The notes beneath the pieces are model-generated. The model worked only from the letters and a program-made list of their open reading frames with translations, had not been told where the DNA came from and searched no databases. A program made the translations under genes and the position numbers. From sequence record SRR2962707_3000: a DNA stretch of 32,343 nucleotides. One strand, 5' to 3'. How positions within the stretch are numbered: the stretch's first letter is position 1; each line of letters begins with the position of its first letter. Of this stretch, positions 27,177-32,343 are shown piece by piece.

Positions 27177-27839
27177 TTAGGCATAAGCCTTTACCAAATG
27201 AGCACGTTGATCAAAAAGTTCGTCGAACTGAATAGTGCCTTCTTTTGAAAGCAAACCTCTGAAAAAACTTCTCAATTGCTTGCATAAGAACACATGAAAC
27301 TCTTTTTCCAGCTGAACCTGAGGGTAGTTTACGGGTTTTTCAAAGAGAAAAGACTTGAGTGTTTGCTTGTACACCACCAGTGCTACTTCCGGGTCTACAC
27401 GGTCATCGATCATCTGCTCATTCCTGCCTTGCTCCATTAACACAGCAAAGCGCTCAAATACCGTTTCGTTAATGTACTCTCCCATCAGCTGAGACATTTT
27501 GCCGGTATTATCCACAGCCTCTCGTAGTACCATTGGGTTGATGTGGCGTACATTTTCATAGACCAGTTCCAGGTAATTGATCAGCTTTAAAGCAAAGGGA
27601 CGATCCGAGTAGATGATCTCCAGTGATCGATTAACAAGCATGTCCAGCTTCCATTTGCCCACTTCCAACAGGAGGTCCTCCTTATTCCTGAATTGGAAAT
27701 AGATGGTTTTCTTGCTCATTTTTAATGAGTTAGCAATGTCACTCAATGTAGTCTTATTATATCCCTTCGTGGAGAAGTGTGCGTATGCCGCTGCTAAAAT
27801 ATGTTCCCGCCTTTCCAATGTCCTTGCTTTGATTTTCAA
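27177..27839 (-). CDS. TetR/AcrR family transcriptional regulator
   Basis: ILAAAYAHFSTKGYNKTTLSDIANSLKMSKKTIYFQFRNKEDLL helix-turn-helix; start uncertain (TTG 27839 or ATG 27878). Confidence 0.88.
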   Translation of the reverse strand: MKIKARTLERREHILAAAYAHFSTKGYNKTTLSDIANSLKMSKKTIYFQFRNKEDLLLEVGKWKLDMLVNRSLEIIYSDRPFALKLINYLELVYENVRHINPMVLREAVDNTGKMSQLMGEYINETVFERFAVLMEQGRNEQMIDDRVDPEVALVVYKQTLKSFLFEKPVNYPQVQLEKEFHVFLCKQLRSFFRGLLSKEGTIQFDELFDQRAHLVKAYA

Positions 27840-27889
27840 AAATAGAGGGCTGGCAACTCTTGAGCAATGAAAAATCATAGATAATCTAA

Positions 27890-30467
<2,578 letters not shown>

Positions 30468-30470
30468 GGG

Positions 30471-30762
30471 ACCTCACCCTCAGCCGCATTTTAAAGAACT
30501 CTCCCCCAACCCCTCTCTTTGAAGAGAGGGGAGCGTTTGGGTTTACTGTATGCGCGTGTCATCCTGAGGTTCTGAAGGATCTGGGATAGTGCGGGTTGTT
30601 TATTGTGGTTAAGACCTCACCCCCACCCCTCTCCTAAATGAGAGGGGAGCGTTCGCGATAACAGAACTATTCCCCCGTATCAAAGGGGGTTAGGGGGTTG
30701 TTTTGAGTAAATAAATTCCCCTCCTTCCACATCCCTTCACACCCCCTTTTGTTAAGGGGGAG
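30471..30762. repeat. Cluster of REP-like palindromic repeats
   Basis: CCCCTCTC(n6)GAGAGGGGAGCGTT at 30510-30537 and 30626-30653; ACCTCACCC at 30471 and 30614; C5..G5 hairpins at ~30671-30700 and ~30733-30762; GTCATCCTGAG..GAAGGATCT at 30558-30582. Confidence 0.75.
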
Positions 30763-30871
30763 TAACTGTGAAGTTGTTCACCATCCAATCGCCAGCACAG
30801 CGAAACCTAAGGCCTTAAATTATGAGCATTAAGAAAAGTAAGGCTTCCACGGCCTGATTAGAAATAAGACA

Positions 30872-30901
30872 TTGAACTATCTCCTCCCATCCTTACCTTT
30901 G
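30872..30901 (+). promoter_or_regulatory. Sigma-A promoter for dapA
   Basis: TTG (30872-30874), 19-nt spacer, TACCTTTG (30894-30901), 7 nt before the ATG. Confidence 0.65.
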
Positions 30902-30908
30902 CGAAACA

Positions 30909-31778
30909 ATGAAAGCAGAACTGAAAGGAACCGGCGTGGCACTGGCTACTCCCATGAACACAGACTTTACAGTAGACTACCCATCACTGGATAAGCTACT
31001 CAACCACATCATCGATGGAAACGCCGACTATATTGTAGTTCAGGGCACCACAGGTGAGTCACCTGTGTTTTCCTGGGATGAAAAGCTGGAGATACTGAAG
31101 TTTGTGCTGAATCACCTGAAAAGCAGCAAGCCCGTAGTGTTCGGACTAGGAGGCAACAACACGTTTGACCTGATTGAAAAATCAAAGGATTTGAAAGACT
31201 TTGACCTGGCTGCCATCCTTTCTGCAAGCCCTTACTATAACAAACCCTCCCAAGAAGGAATCATCAGGCACTACCAAATGCTTGCAGATAAATTCCCCCA
31301 TCCGATTATCCTTTACAATGTACCATCGAGAACCGCTTCTAATATGGAGGCATCTACCACGCTGGAGCTGGCGAAGCACAAGAACATTCTAGGGATAAAG
31401 GAAGCCTCTGGAGACCTGGACCAGTGCAGGGAGATTGCTGACAACCGACCGGATGACTTCATGCTCATCTCCGGTGACGATGGGTTGGCGTATGAAATCA
31501 TCAAGATGGGTGGTGAAGGAGTGATTTCTGTAATAGGCAACCTGATGCCTTCGGAATACACAATGATGGTTAACACAGCACTCAAAGGCAACTATAAGAC
31601 AGCAGGTAAGCTCAACGATGATCTGTCCAACGTCTATGATATGCTCTCTGAGGAAGGTAATCCCAGCTCCCTCAAGGCAGGGCTGGAAGCCATAGGTATC
31701 TGCACCCGCACGGTAAAACCACCTCTTTTCAATGCATCCGAGTCCATGGTTGAGAAGTGGAAGAAATATTTCAACTGA
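30909..31778 (+). CDS. dapA: 4-hydroxy-tetrahydrodipicolinate synthase
   Basis: GTTGES, PYYNKPSQEG, ILYNVPSRT, GIKEASG Schiff-base Lys, SGDD. Confidence 0.94.
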   Translation: MKAELKGTGVALATPMNTDFTVDYPSLDKLLNHIIDGNADYIVVQGTTGESPVFSWDEKLEILKFVLNHLKSSKPVVFGLGGNNTFDLIEKSKDLKDFDLAAILSASPYYNKPSQEGIIRHYQMLADKFPHPIILYNVPSRTASNMEASTTLELAKHKNILGIKEASGDLDQCREIADNRPDDFMLISGDDGLAYEIIKMGGEGVISVIGNLMPSEYTMMVNTALKGNYKTAGKLNDDLSNVYDMLSEEGNPSSLKAGLEAIGICTRTVKPPLFNASESMVEKWKKYFN

Positions 31779-31882
31779 GTAAAACCCCGTTTAGGTTAGT
31801 AAATAGCCATTCAATTGTTCTGATCAGGTTATTACCGATGAATTATGTAACTTTTAATTCTCTAATTATTATTTAGGGTTAA

Positions 31883-32022
31883 GAACGGGTTCTGATGTAA
31901 TATCAGCTTTGAGGGTGTTTTAATCTATGTTACACAATCTGATTGTGTCACCAAACTACATAGCAACAGTTTGCATTCTCCTCATAAGAAAGTTGATTTT
32001 CGTTGGGCCCGTTCACTTTTTT
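31883..32022 (+). ncRNA. Structured rod-shaped ncRNA, 6S RNA-like candidate
   Basis: Five nested helices with internal loops, G-U pairs only on the + strand, and a 3' T-run (details under findings). Confidence 0.55.
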
Positions 32023-32080
32023 GTCCTCTAAACAAGGCGATTGCTCCCGTATTTATGATGGTGATTTGTTTCTAAACCAT

Positions 32081-32107
32081 AAAAAAAGGGAGCCTTTCAG
32101 CTCCCTA
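32081..32107 (-). terminator. Intrinsic terminator of the histone-H1-like gene
   Basis: AGGGAGC/GCTCCCT 7-bp stem with an A-run at 32081-32087 (T-run on -). Confidence 0.8.
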
Positions 32108-32136
32108 ATTTCTTTATCGGTTTGGTCGTTAATCGA

Positions 32137-32313
32137 TTATCCTTTGTTCTTAATGTCTTGAACCTCTAGTCTGATCTCTTGTGCAAGATTTTTCATCTCC
32201 TGCATACCTTTTCTTACTCGTGTGCCGGCGGCATTATTCTTCTTATCGTAAAACTTTTCGAAATCAGCTTCAAGTGATTCAACCATTGACTTAAGTTGTT
32301 CAAATCTTTTCAT
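32137..32313 (-). CDS. Small basic histone H1-like (Hc1-type) protein, 58 aa
   Basis: Manual translation MKRFEQLKSMVESLEADFEKFYDKKNNAAGTRVRKGMQEMKNLAQEIRLEVQDIKNKG; the FY.K.N.AAGTR.RK motif is characteristic; followed by a terminator; absent from the ORF track. Confidence 0.85.
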   Translation of the reverse strand: MKRFEQLKSMVESLEADFEKFYDKKNNAAGTRVRKGMQEMKNLAQEIRLEVQDIKNKG

Positions 32314-32343
32314 TGTTATAAGGTAATTAAGGTTATCGATAAA

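Noticed and set aside
27878-27888. TAGAT-a-ATCTA palindrome as a TetR operator
   Set aside because: Only 5-bp arms in AT-rich DNA; expected by chance.
30471-30762. CRISPR array
   Set aside because: Units are heterogeneous, irregularly spaced and in mixed orientation, and no cas genes are present.

Overview
Chromosomal segment of a Bacteroidota bacterium, probably Cytophagales-like, inferred from repeated TAnnTTTG sigma-A -7 promoter elements, the long-form HutU and the ligA-DUF-dapA order. The left 19 kb holds two minus-strand operons flanking a divergent hutH-hutU pair. Operon A (9543->75) encodes an L-amino-acid-ligase-type ATP-grasp enzyme, an unannotated 661-aa protein with a papain-like Gln/Cys/His/Asn catalytic pattern, an Alr-fold racemase with a VanT-like Tyr->Asn change, a membrane coiled-coil protein, and argB-argD-argC-argJ, which stops at ornithine. 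Operon B (19319->14105) encodes a Na+/solute symporter, a GNAT, an M20 amidohydrolase, a second Alr-fold racemase and an ornithine-racemase-like enzyme. Together they look like an uncharacterised D-amino-acid/ornithine small-peptide synthesis and recycling system; this is inference. The right part is mostly housekeeping (beta-carbonic anhydrase, rhodanese, msrA, cation/H+ antiporter, CCA-type nucleotidyltransferase, TetR, ligA, dapA). It also has a REP-like palindrome cluster (30471-30762), a ~140-nt rod-shaped 6S-like RNA candidate (31883-32022), a possible small RNA (~21230-21316) and a 58-aa histone-H1-like gene missed by the ORF track. No CRISPR array, rRNA, tRNA or transposase was seen. 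All calls come from reading motifs by eye; no database searches were run.
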